Part shown: positions 1 through 11,903 of the stretch, piece after piece
How the letters are laid out: every line of letters begins with the position of its first letter
Position numbering within the stretch: the stretch's first letter is position 1
Assembly (NCBI RefSeq): GCF_003918875.1
Contig: NW_025767701.1
Location: forward strand, 620,001-684,000
Reading direction: 5' to 3'
DNA: 64,000 nt
Source of the DNA: Haliotis rubra
Taxonomy: Eukaryota
Notes under the pieces: model-generated
The model's database searches: none
The model's input: the letters and a program-made list of their open reading frames with translations, nothing else
Told to the model about the DNA's origin: nothing
Translations under genes and position numbers: made by a program

Positions 1-1772
1 CGCAAAATCCTGTGTACCCTTGTCAGCAAAGCCGCCATTTTGTAAGAAATCGGTCAGCGGTACGGTAGTGATTACGTAAGTTCTACATATTAGGCAATTT
101 CTTTGAGGTGAAGGTTGGTTGAACAAGAGTAAACACAATCGCCATATCCTTCCGATTACATCAGTATTATGATGTATATTTTGCGGATAGTTCGATACTT
201 TTTCATGAAACTGACTTCAGTATCTACATTTAGCCTTGTTCAATATCATATCATACGTGCATATAGGGTTTACGGTGTTTTATTCTTTGAAAGTTTTTGA
301 TTGTTTGAATCATATTTACATAAGAAATTGACATATTTATTGCAATACACCATATTCTAAACCTTTACACAAGTGTTAGAAGATCAAACGTAGCCATTAC
401 TGCAACTACTTTAGTTCCTATGATGTACAATATTCAATTTATTTGGACTAATATTGCAATTTCATATGAACAGGTTAATGAACGGTGATATAATTCAACC
501 TTATATGTAAAACTGATAATATTAATGACAATGATTTATATATGGTATGAAATATATATGCACACATATTTAAAGGAATTGTCTTGTTCATTGCATAATT
601 TTGTGTCGTTTTATAGACAAAAGAATGATGCATATAGATCGGCAAGGTGCGCGTTTGTTGGAAACGTTTTATGATTCTCTATCATTGTTTTCGATAATAT
701 ATTCAATTCATATTCGATTAAATAATATTGTGATGACAGGATATCAAACTCTAACTACTTATAGGAAAATTGTTGAAAAATATATATACCATCTCATGTG
801 TTAATTCGGACAAATCTTCTATCCATATTCTAATATATAGTTCCATATATAAAAAGCTATCTTTTTTGCATCTTTCATTGCATACGTATGAAGAGAAATA
901 GCTTCATAATCATAAACAAACAAAATTCTTATCCCAAACAAAATATTCGGGTGTTGTGAAATATTATTTTTATTTACGTTAAATTGATGCCAAACAGGTG
1001 CGCGTGTTGTTCACAATAAGATACGCTGTCAAACTGTCTAATTGTTGATATATTCAGGACACTATTTAAATGGAAAAATCAGTCATTTTAAGTTTTGTTT
1101 AAAGAGTGTTAAATTCTGACATAGAAGTCTAGACCTTTTATACAATTAATGGAAATTAAGTGAGATATATACTAATCAGCATACCAATATCGTCTTTTTC
1201 CGACGTCGCAAAATGCATAAAAAAGCGATGACGTCAACTAAAATGTTGTATTATTTTCAGCAATTTCGTTACATTTTAAGATATGGCTTACGTTAAGATA
1301 TGGCTAGTACTCTGGTAATAACGATGCAAAATTAGTCAAATTACATCTACACAAACAGGAGAATATGGGAATCTAAGAACTAACTTATATATCGGATAGG
1401 GCCATTCAAATCGCTATTACGTGCTTTCACATGTAATACGTTGTCATCTTTTCTTATAAATTGTGAAACTACCAAAGCGCATCCGTTCACATTGGGGAAC
1501 TTTGAATTGGAATAGTGTGGTTCACCATGAATATAAAATAACGAAAATATAGCGTCCGTATCCACAACAAATTCTCACCACGTGATCTGAGTTACATTGA
1601 CCTAGTGACCCCCTTATCATCATACGTGTATGACCTCTCTGTCGTCGCTTGACGTCTTAGAAGAAAATACGTTTTTGACATTTATTGCGAGTCATTTTTA
1701 ATGTTGAGCGTATAACGTTATGCACAAGCACATAAACCCAATTCATATACGCTTGTGGCTCTGTCAAAAGTG

Positions 1773-1952
1773 GAAATGGCACACAACACTGAGAGTGAGA
1801 CCAGCGAGAGCTGACGGCTACCTCGTCATGCTTTTGGTTCATTCGTCGCTACTTCAAATGATAGTCAACCACCATTTCAGCAAGTTTTGACCTCTCGGAC
1901 ACGTCGAACCTCTATTGTAGCATCTCGAGGCACGGCAGCACGAGTCAGGCAT
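1773..1952 (-). pseudogene. Degenerate THAP zinc-finger (C2CH) coding remnant, probably from a THAP-bearing DNA transposon
   Basis: Manual translation from ATG 1952: MPDSCCRASRCYNRGSTCPRGQNLLKWWLTII*SSDE*TKSMTR*PSALAGLTLSVVCHF. It keeps the THAP M-P-x-x-C...C-x-N, P, W, PS and HF landmarks but has three stops. Confidence 0.5.
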
Positions 1953-2011
1953 CGTTATATTGCTGCGCATTTGAAATCGACCGTGCAACAAACTTTGAAC
2001 GCCATCATTAT

Positions 2012-2080
2012 GCCGGAAGTACACTTAGGACCGTAGTGATTGGCGCCATCTATTGGCGAAGCAGTAAAGGGAGATAACTG
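2012..2080. promoter_or_regulatory. Motif cluster upstream of the THAP remnant: ETS-like CCGGAAGT, CTCF-like GCCAATAGATGGCGCCA (minus), GGGAGATAAC
   Basis: Motif matches read by eye at ~2013-2020, 2041-2057 and ~2069-2078; function not demonstrable. Confidence 0.3.
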
Positions 2081-2084
2081 AGGA

Positions 2085-2292
2085 ATGTTCCCCATTCCTT
2101 CATTGTTTCCTTTTTCCTATCAACACAAATTCCATGTATTTTAGCAATAATAACGGTAATGCTATTTTTGAGGGAATTATCATTTGCAGAAGCCCTCGGT
2201 CTTTTTCAACTGCCCTCCTTCGTCGGGCAGTTAATGGAAGACCTCGGGCTTCTGCAAGTGATAATGCAGTCAGAAATAGCATTACCCTTATA
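2085..2292. mobile_element. Unclassified short element with an internal imperfect hairpin
   Basis: tatcatttgcagaagccc...aactgccc / gggcagtt...gggcttctgcaagtgata inverted repeat at ~2178-2263. Confidence 0.35.
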
Positions 2293-2959
2293 ATGTAATC
2301 ATTGCAACAAAATTAAATTTTGCATTGTCACATCAAATGGACAGACCAACTGTAATGATTTTTCTCATAATTTTGGCCTTCGAATAAAAAATGAAACAAC
2401 GATCATTATTTTGTTGTCACTTATCGCTATTTCTTACGAGAGGGGACCAATTGCTGGTAGAACAGTTGTCCGAGTTGCATGTGTGAAATTGAAATTTCAC
2501 CACACACGCTTGTTGATTACCTGGCTGTTCTACCAGCAAGTAGTTACAAATGAAAATATGCTCTCGCTCGGGAAATACCAACAATTAAGGCACTCGTGTC
2601 GTAAACATAGTATAACATTGGCACTCATATAATATCCTCTATACATTTACATCAACTGTACCTCACAACATGACTCAGGGTTCCAGCAAAGGTCTTCAGC
2701 TTCATGCCGGTATGTCTGTACGTCTTGCCTTACTGTTGCACTCACATAAGGAAGAACGAATCAATGTCAGGCAACACACAGATCACGTTTAAATATTTAT
2801 GAGCTTCGTCAACTACCTCACCTTGCAATATTAATATGTAATATTTCCAGTTGCGTAGGCCGTCGCTCGTGATATAAGAACCATGTACGATTTACATGTA
2901 CATATGGCTCTAAACTCCACACAGTGCCATGCTTATACGGGGTTGTTCTCTGTTTGCCT

Positions 2960-3124
2960 GGGGCGGTGGGGTAGCCTAGTGGTTAAAGCGTTCGCTCGTC
3001 ACACCGTAGATCCGGGTTCGATTCCCCACATTGGTACAATGTGTGAAGCCCATTTCTGGTGTCCCCCGCCGTGATATTGCTGGAATATTGCTAATAGCGG
3101 CGTAAAACCATACTCACTCACTCA
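2960..3124 (+). mobile_element. SINE family A (tRNA-Asp-like head, ~165 bp, (ACTC)n tail)
   Basis: A box GGTAGCCTAGTGG, GTC anticodon-like loop, B box GGTTCGATTCC, tail ...gcggcgtaaaaccatactcactc. More than 35 full or partial copies in the window (e.g. 10167, 33618, 38917, 42453, 42860, 43856, 47240, 52567, 53723, 58655, 59800, 61838, 62101). Confidence 0.9.
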
Positions 3125-3278
3125 AATCGCCTACAGTCTTAAAACAACATTTCATGGTCTGTTGACTGTTGATTACGCAATGATAAACTAGTGTCTCCCC
3201 TATGATCTAAAAGTGGACTCTTCTAGTTGAAGTAGTTGAAGGACAAAGAGACAATGTTTTAAAGAGTTTATTTATTTA

Positions 3279-4257
3279 TAGGGCTGGATATTGCCCTGAT
3301 ATTCATATTGCGATATATTGCAATAATTTAAGAGATATTGCAATACATATTGTGATATATTGACAGGAAGCTTTCTGCCCAAGTGTGTACATAATAAATT
3401 CATAATAGCTCTCTGTGGTCGACATCATCTTACTTGCTGTTACACCATACTTTCAGCTCCCTGTCGCCATTCTGTATGGTTGTGTGCCAGTGGTTTACAG
3501 ACAAATAAAATGATATAATGTGGAATTTTTAATCGAAGTATTGCAACAAAGGTTTGCGAACATAATGATAAAGGTAATAGTATAACATGATTTTCATGGT
3601 CAGTGTTCTTTGCTTCAACAGAATGCACTTCAATGCAGTATGTAATTATTGTGTGTCAGTGATTCATTCAGATTCAACTCCAATATAAAGATGTGTTAAC
3701 ATGAACTATTGCAAAATGAAACAAAAACATGATTTGGTTTAACTACTTGACATTAAAATCCAGTAACTAAGATCCTTGACAAGAATGCCATTATACAATC
3801 CTTCAAAATTTATAAGACTTAGACCTTTATGATAAATTGATATCATATGTGCCATTATGAAACAATCATAAATTACAAAGTAGTGTGAATTGTGAAATGG
3901 TCATTCAGAGCCAGAGGCTCTACTAATATGTCCAAATAAACAATTGGTCCATTTGAGGCAACTTAATTCCTCAGAATGAAACCATTCAAACCCACACAAC
4001 GTTAAGCATTTGGTAGAATATATGGCACTTTTGGAGCCACTTATAATGTCACTTCCACCTGTAAAATGAAACCAATGGAAACAAAAGCTGCACTTTTAGA
4101 GCACATTTTGTGTCATGGAAATCAAGGGCAGATAATTCAAAGGGAGCTAACTTTGGAAGACCCAATACATTGCAGAATCTTAACCATGTCGCGATAATCG
4201 TATCGCGAGATACTGTACCGGTATATACCGGTTTATCGGTAATATTGCACAGCCCTA
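3279..4257. mobile_element. Non-autonomous hAT-like DNA transposon
   Basis: Termini TAGGGCTG...CAGCCCTA, 8-bp flanks tttattta / tttatttc (7/8 match), subterminal ATATTGC/ATCGCG repeats. Confidence 0.7.
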
Positions 4258-4399
4258 TTTATTTCATATATATTTTACATCATATGATCACATCATATCA
4301 TTTTCTGATCACGATGAAATGATCATTTATTTATCATATATCATATCATATCCCATCAGTATTGAGAGAGTTGACTTTTGGAGATGTCCACTCTCACTT

Positions 4400-5014
4400 A
4401 AAGTTGGTAAGGTAGCCACCGCTTCGAGGAACTGAAGGGTTATCTTCTTCCAGGAGCAAGTCTCAGTCCAGGAACGGAAGATATGTGGTCGCCAATGGTA
4501 CTGCGTTTACCTTTACATTGATCTTTGACGCACTTCAGTGTGTGGCTACTTGTCTCACAACACTCAGTCGGTACTTGTGGCCATCATGTAGTACCTGTTT
4601 TCCTCCTCTCTGAGACAGAATGACGTCTGCAGGTTAGCCATTGTGACTATCAGTGCTTGGCGAACATTCCATTTTATAGGGTTAAGTTGGTTTAGAGCCT
4701 ATTGGTAGCAGAGAACTGAGTATTTTACATTGAGAAATTAAGTACATGTAAATCTCATCATTGTTTTACAATGCATTAATCCCTTTCATTTTATTATAAC
4801 CCAGTTGTAACTTCTTATTGGATGTCCTAATCATCTCTACTCAACTACATATCCTTATAACAACAGTCGATCAAGATTAGTATGGCCCTGACTAGTGAGT
4901 CAGGCTCATTATAAGAATATGGGGTGCATTTTCTAATCCCAATTAGCCTACATTGTGTTTGTATGCGATATGGGTTGAAGGCGAATTGAGATGCATGCGA
5001 AGAGAGACTAAACC
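4400..5014 (-). mobile_element. 5' remnant of a Mutator (MULE)-like element with a frameshifted FLYWCH domain
   Basis: Minus translation ~4630-4470: ADVILSQRGGKQVLHDGHKYRLSVVRQVATH/(fs)KCVKDQCKGKRSTIGDH, matching the FLYWCH S-x-RG...DG-x-KY...WKC...CKG pattern. Probable GG-starting terminus near 5014. Confidence 0.55.
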
Positions 5015-5045
5015 GTTATAGCGTACAGAAACTCATGAACATATG

Positions 5046-5551
5046 TGAGTTTAGTTGTACGCCGCTTTTAGCAATATTCCAGCAACATCCCGACGGGGAA
5101 CACCACAAATGGGCTTCACATGTTGTACCCATGTGAGGAATCAAACCCGGGTCTTCCGCGGCGTGACGAGCGAACGCTTTAACCACTTGGCTACCCAACC
5201 GCACGTACATGTACAATTGTACGTATACCTGTTGTTTGTTGTCGGCGCGTTATAAGAGTTAGTGATCAATCCATCTCGTTAATCTAGTGCTGACTGACTG
5301 ACTGAGTGAGTTTAGTTTTACGCCGCTTTTAGCAATATTCCAGCAATATCACGGCGGGGGACACCAGAAATGGGCTTAACACATTGTGCCCATGTGGGGA
5401 ATCGAACCCGGGTCTTCGGCGTGACGAGCGAACGCTTTAACCACTTGGCTACCCAACCGCACGTACATGTACAATTGTACGTATACCTGTTGTTTGTTGT
5501 CGGCGCGTTATAAGAGTTAGTGATCAATCCATCTCGTTAATCTAGTGCTGA
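5046..5551 (-). mobile_element. Two tandem family-A SINEs with a 135-bp duplication (5159-5293 = 5417-5551)
   Basis: The identical 135-bp blocks span the SINE head plus ~90 bp of unique flank; the SINE bodies differ. Confidence 0.85.
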
Positions 5552-5743
5552 AAGATCACCAGTATTGTTCGCATATTCCAAACCGAAACATGAGTCTCAT
5601 TAACCTATTCTGACAATGACCTACTTTTCAGCTGATCCGAATGTTCTCGTGTGAATGTGAAAAGAGACAAACAACTCTGGTTACACTGAATTCAAATTCC
5701 TTGTTTCTTAAGAAAATGGTATTACAACTGAATTTTAGTTTAA

Positions 5744-6812
5744 AGGTCACATGCAACCAAAAAATCAAACATAATTAAAACACAATTATCACTTATTCAT
5801 GACATATAATATACATTGCTGGTTATGAAAAAACATATAAACAAAATTATAAGCGTACAATCGCAAATCAAAAGTGCAATATTGTGTGCTTGGGTTTACT
5901 TCCCAAGAAACGAAGCAGCCGGGATACCGAACCCAGTCAGAGCGGGTGGGTGTGCACTCAAGTGTAACGGCTGGCTCATTTGCAGTTGCCCTCACGGCTC
6001 ATTGTGTGTGTACATATAGAGATGTTGGATTTTGTAAATACATGCTCATTTTTTGTGTGTAACATTTTACAATCAACAGACATCATAACATGTCATGTGT
6101 TCAAGTATCACACCTGCCTGTCTGTGTAATTACATAATGTGACAGAGACCGAACTCGGGCCATAAATCAATGCGTTTTGTTTATGGTGTATAGCCTGATT
6201 GGTGTTAAGTTCAAATTGCATGTGGTCAGTGATAGCAGCTGTGTATTGAATATTGTTATGAGCAGACAGGCAGGCAGACACACAGGTGTCAATAAAACAA
6301 GACATTGAGTTTTGTCTGTGACAACGACATATCTATATCACAGTTAGAAATTCTGTCAACGCTAAATATTGACATTGCTTTTAAGTATCGAACTGAGAAA
6401 GTGACTCGGTAAGAAGAACGTGTGGTGAAATAGACAAATGAAATTATATAAACAGTTAAATTACTGTCATAACATATAAAAAGCTCGCGCCTGTGAGATA
6501 TCAACAAAACATTAGAAAAATAGCTCACACCAAAGCCTTCACCGAGTATTCACCCGACAACCCGCTTCCAAGCTGCGCGAACCTATTTCACTGCGCACGT
6601 GCTATGAGCGCAGCCCAGCTGTTGAAACCAGTTTTCCCCAAAGTCGGGGGAAAATTAATGAAACGTTTGAACTCCGATTTCGCGCGGTTTTTTTCATCGC
6701 GTTATTTTTCAACTTTATAAGTTGAATTTGCATTTTTGACGCTTTGTTTCGGTAAGTCCATACCGAAATGTATCAGAATCTGCAAAGATGTGTTTTACGT
6801 TGCATGTGACAT
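5744..6812. mobile_element. Non-autonomous TTAA-specific DNA transposon (Kolobok-like termini)
   Basis: TTAA at 5740-5743 and 6813-6816; TIR AGGTCACATGCAAC / GTTGCATGTGACAT (1 mismatch); no transposase ORF inside. Confidence 0.75.
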
Positions 6813-7664
6813 TTAAACTTTAATAACATCGTATTTCTATATTTTATGGCGAGGTTTAGGCAGTATGACCTGAACTAAGAACGCACAACGCACAATGTGA
6901 TTGATAGAATATCAAGTCCGTACCAGACCGCCAAATGTTTCTAGCGACAGAGCCTCGTTTTGAGATTTCCACGATTTCCATATTTCCGTTTGTCAGAGCA
7001 CTGTACGACAAAACACGCTGAACGACGTGTTTGCAAGGATTAGAAGGAGCGTATAGTTGCAATATACAAGTGCTTATATGTATCAAATAATGCTGATAAA
7101 TATGTATGCATCCAGCTGAATGAATTGGTCTAAAAATTCTGGACTGGTTATTGTACTAAAGGTGCGCACCAGGACGGAACCCAGTCAGCAGGAAACGAGA
7201 CTGTTGCGTAATCAATGTCTTGAGTTGCAGGTAGAACTGCATCCGTTGTGTGTAGGTGTTCAATGACAAATACACACCCAGCCATTCTAACACATCCCTT
7301 GCAAAGTATAATTGTATTCAGAATATATAAAATATGTTCAGAGACATTCTGGTCCTGTTGACGTGTGAAAACGTGTACTTTTGTAAATTTTCTCAAATTC
7401 TGAATTGGTATTATGTGAACTGAATCAAATATTTGTCATTCTATACATTACTCTTAGATGGTGTAGTATGGGCGGTGATGATAAGAGATGCTATGTATTG
7501 AACGATGGGTCCATTCTCATTTCTTGTAATTCACATTTAACAGCCCGAATGCTGTGACAACAAATCAAACAAGGGAGTGCTTTATTTCGAGGATACATTT
7601 GGTATGCCCGATCATCTAGGTCCATATATCAATGCCTGATATGAGTACGTGCGCGCGTGTATGT

Positions 7665-7712
7665 ACGAGTATGTGAGTGCGTGCGTGCGTGTGTGTGTGT
7701 GTGTGTGTGTGT
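7665..7712. repeat. (GT)n/(GTGC)n microsatellite
   Basis: Direct reading. Confidence 0.9.
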
Positions 7713-9138
7713 GAACCTTAACCCCGTGTGCGGTACTGGAAAATGCATATGGGCCCTAATGTTGGAGGCTGGCCCTGTATGCGTTATTCTATGGTTTGTT
7801 CAAGTTTGTCGGTCCGACTCAAATACAATCCACGCCATTGCCTGGATCAGTATGGTTGTATGCCACTTTTAGCAATATTCCAGCAATATCATGTAGGGAG
7901 ATACCAGAAATTTGCTTCCAACATTGTACCCATGGGGAATCGAAAAATGGAGTTCTGGGAAACACTAGACTCCCTCACTGCCCAGTGACGTCACTATATG
8001 TCACATGGGCTTCTTCCGTTATTTAAAACTAGAATTTATAGCAGCATTGTTGAAAACGCGCCGATACATCCATTTTACTTTTGATATTATGGCCCAGCAC
8101 CAGAATACAAAATAATGACTTCAGTTGTCATGGATACCAAAGGACAGGATGAGTTTCTGACAGACATTGAAAGCTGGTTTATCTCATACCAACGTCAGCC
8201 ATGGGTTCCAGACTCTGCTTGGATTCCTTCAAAAAATAATTCACAAATAACTGCCAGAACAAATTACAAAGCCATTTGTTTTAGTTATTGCAGATTAAGA
8301 AGCTCATTTACTGACAGGGTACTTCTGACATTATTATCAATTTACTTTTTAATTTCAGCAAAATTATTTTCCCATTATTAAAAATCAATTGTGGGTATTT
8401 CATCTCATTCCATCAACGTTTGATTGCATAAATCATTAATGATTTACAGACCCTGTTATTTCAAACAGATGTTAAGTTATATGATTTCTGTTGTTGCCCA
8501 CAAAATATTGGTAGGATTTACAAAAAGGGTTACCGTTTTATTATGGTGCATTTTTCTCATATTTTCAAGTTTTAATCAATCTTTCATGCTTTTTTTATTC
8601 AACAATAAATGATGACTGCGTCAACTGTTTGGGAACTGTTTTATTTTCATCAAATGATTGATAATACGACAATGAAAGCATACTATATAGTTCCATCAAC
8701 ATGAAACATTTATGTAAAGCAATTGAAATGACGCACACATGATGCTATCCTCAAATTTTAAAAGTATTGAACAAAAACCTATCGGCAACAAATAATTAAC
8801 AAATTGTATTATTTTACATTTTGCATCGATTATTTCGCAAGCTTTTGTGACAAATGAAATTTTGAAATCCGGAGATTTATGACGAAAGGATGACTTGTCA
8901 GCTAACCAATGGGCCCTCCTCAAATGGATACCTGCCTGATGACTAATTATCGGTTTTGGGGGTAATCATCGTAAAACTGAGGTTACAGATAACTGGGATG
9001 ATTGTATGGGTATGCAGCTTTACTTTTACGTGGGAAAGATTCTAGTGCATGTCATAAGTAGAGGAAAACCTGTCTATTGATAGACTGCTTCATTATTGCA
9101 ATAGACGAGACGTTCCGGTGTAGATCCTAACACCATTT

Positions 9139-9488
9139 CAACCGCCTCCGTGGTGTAGTGGTTAGAGCGTCCGCCCGGAGAGCGGAAGGTCGCGGGTTCG
9201 ATCCCCGGTCGCGTCATACCAAAAGACGTTAAAATATGGTACTTGTTGGTCCCTGTCTGGCGCTCGGCATTAATGGGTACTTCAAGGACTGGTCCACTCG
9301 GAGTCAGTATAATGTGTCTGAGTGGGGTATTCATGCTTCACTGCGGCATGGTATCTCAGTGGGCTAGCACTATAAAACCAGCTTAAGTCTGGGCTAGTAC
9401 AGGCACATACACATACACACGCATGCACGTCGTCATATGAGCGCAATATTCTCAAGCACGACGTTAAACCCAATTTCTCCTCATCTCA
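9139..9488 (+). mobile_element. SINE family B (tRNA head + V-SINE-like central domain, ~350 bp)
   Basis: A/B boxes, central gtcataccaaaagacgttaaaatatggtac...cctgtctggcgctcggcattaa, (CCTCA)n-type tail, 13-bp TSD cctaacaccattt (9126-9138 / 9489-9501). Confidence 0.9.
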
Positions 9489-9506
9489 CCTAACACCATT
9501 TGCTTG

Positions 9507-9954
9507 TAACATATGTTATATTTGGGATTACACTTCCTTAGTAAAGTACAGATTCTAGTACTTTTGATGGGTTGAGTCTCATCTGGGATTCGAACCCACA
9601 CCCTCAGGTCTGTGCGCTGGCGATTATTTGCCTGACTCTGAAATGTGGGTTCGAATCCCTGATGGTACTCAACCCAACAAAAGTACGAGAATTTGTACTT
9701 TGCTAAGAAAGTGTAATCCTAACTATAACATATGTTGGGGCGGTGGGGTAGTCTAGTGGTTAAAGCGTGGGCTCGTCACGCTGAAGACCCGGGTTCGAAT
9801 CCCCACATGGGTACAATGTGTGAAGCCCATTTCTGGTGTTCCCCCGCCGTGATGTTGCTGGAATATTGCTAAAAGCGGCGTAAAACCAAACTCAGTCAGT
9901 CAGTCAGTATAACATATGTTACATCTGACAACTTTCTTAACGGCATAGTGTAAT
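9507..9954. mobile_element. Fold-back element with ~100-bp inverted arms, each containing a tRNA B box; interrupted by a family-A SINE
   Basis: 9507-~9607 is the imperfect reverse complement of ~9638-9736; direct repeat caccatttgcttg at 9494-9506 and 9955-9967. Confidence 0.6.
9737..9907 (+). mobile_element. Young family-A SINE with (CAGT)n tail
   Basis: 13-bp TSD tataacatatgtt at 9724-9736 and 9908-9920. Confidence 0.92.
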
Positions 9955-10373
9955 CACCATTTGCTTGATAACGGTCTCAGGATGTACATCAAACGAGAGT
10001 TACTCTTCATCATACCAGCTTCCAGTGCCACTGAAAGAAGATATGTTATAAGTACATTTTAAACTATGCATGGTTTCCGACAAGTTTTGGTGAAGGCTGT
10101 CTCTTTCACGGATATGTGTGAATCGTTGTAGACAGGTCACATATGTCATTATGTGATAATTGTAGTTGCGGCGAAGGGGTAGCCTAGTGGATAAAGCACT
10201 GACTTGTCACGCCGAAGACACGGGTTCGATTCCCCACATGGGTACAATGTGTAAAGTCCATTACTGGTGTCCCCCGCCTGATGTTGCGTAAATGCTAAAT
10301 GTGGCGTAAAACTACATTCACTCACTCACTCTTTGCAATGCTATTTTTCATGTTCTGTTAATATTTGGATCTA

Positions 10374-11881
10374 CAATGGCCCAAAAAGAAACGCATAGCT
10401 GAATTCTGATCTTCAAAGTAGATTGTTTCGAAAAATATGGCATGGAATGACTGTCAATGTTAATATTAAGTGTGAATATAGCCCATACAATTATCCAACG
10501 CACGCAAACACAACCTTTGGTGATTATTCGCCAAATCACAGCACCTTGAAAAAATCCCCGAATAATCTGCATGTAGAAAAATCTGAAAGCATGATGCACG
10601 TGCAAATACGGGATCTGAATCTTGATACTGATGGGTATAAAAAGCTAGCAGTCCTGTTGCGATTCATTCTCCGAAATTCTGTATATGGGACCCTCAAGAT
10701 GCCACGACTAAACGAAGAAAGCAGAAACAGAGCCATTGGACACTTGGAAGCTGGAGAAAGCCAGTCATCAGTTGCCAGACATCTAAACGTGAGGCGGAGT
10801 ACGATTTCCCGTCTCTGGCAGCGCTACACGCAGCACAACTCGACCAGAGATCGTCCTAGGAGTGGGAGACCAAGGGTGACAACTCCAGCGCAAGACCGCT
10901 TCATCCGGGTGTTTCATCTGCGAAATCGGACCGTCACTGCAGCGTACACCGCCGACAATGTTCCTGCACAAACCATCAGGAATCGCCTAAGAGAGCATGG
11001 AATCCGACCGATGCGACCACATACAGGACCTGTTCTGCGACACCACCATCGTCGTGCACGTCTTCAATGGAGCAGGAACGTTCGGCCATGGACCCTCTTG
11101 AACTGGAGGAGGATCTGGTTCAGCGACGAGTCGCGGTTTCTGCTGTATCGACATGATGGCAGGATGCGGATTTACAGACGTCGAAATGAAAGATATGCTC
11201 CACAGTGTGTTCGTGAGGTCGACAGACACGGCGGCGAAGGTGTAATGATGTGGGCAGGCATATCTGTGAATGGCAGAAACGAGCTGGTGCATGTCCAAGG
11301 GAATATGAATGCTGTGCGCTATCGTGATGAAATCCTGGAACGTCATGTTATTCCCGTAATTGACGCTAGAAGAGAAATGTTCCAGCATGACAACGCAAGA
11401 ACGCATACAGCACGCATTACAACAGATTTCCTTACCATCAACAACATTACAGTTCTTCCATGGCCTTCAAAATCTCCGGATCTTAACCCAATTGAACATT
11501 TGTGGGACCAATTGGATCAACGTGTACGGCGCCGACAGCCGCAACCACAGACACGTCAACAGCTTGTCGATGCGTTACAGGATGAGTGGAGAAGAATCCC
11601 ACAACGGCGGATCCGACGTCTTATACAGTCTATGCCAGGCGATGCAGACCAGTGATTGAGGCTCGTGGTGGTCACACCAGATACTGACTTTGTGACTGTG
11701 CCATCAAAAACAGAGACTCTCAATACCACTGTGAATTACTGTTTGTTTTTGGATACACAAGTCCCAATACCTGTGTGAATTTTTATTGCTCTATTATCAT
11801 TACTATTTGTGTAATTTAAGTTATTAAAGCAGCACTGGTAACACTGGATTTTCACCTATGCGTTTCTTTTTTGGGCCAGTG
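10374..11881 (+). mobile_element. Tc1-family (Tc1/mariner, DD34E) DNA transposon, full extent
   Basis: TA at 10372-73 and 11882-83; TIRs CAATGGCCCAAAAAGAAACGCATAG / CTATGCGTTTCTTTTTTGGGCCAGTG; internal transposase. Confidence 0.95.
10699..11687 (+). pseudogene. Tc1 transposase, 1-nt frameshift near the C-terminus
   Basis: MPRLNEESR...HTH, GRPR, WFSDES, FQHDNARTH, SPDLNPIEHLW (34 residues between the second D and E). The canonical ending (R)RCRPVIEARGGHTRY* lies out of frame after ~11637, with its stop at 11685-87. Confidence 0.9.
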
Positions 11882-11903
11882 TATTTGTTCTTTTGTCTTT
11901 TGC

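Noticed and set aside
2960-3035. tRNA-like sequences here and in all family A/B heads
   Set aside because: No proper acceptor stem; they continue into SINE bodies with tails and TSDs, so they are not tRNA genes.
10423-10698. N-terminal 92-aa extension of the Tc1 ORF
   Set aside because: Starts at TTG inside the element's 5' UTR; Tc1 homology begins at MPRL (10699).
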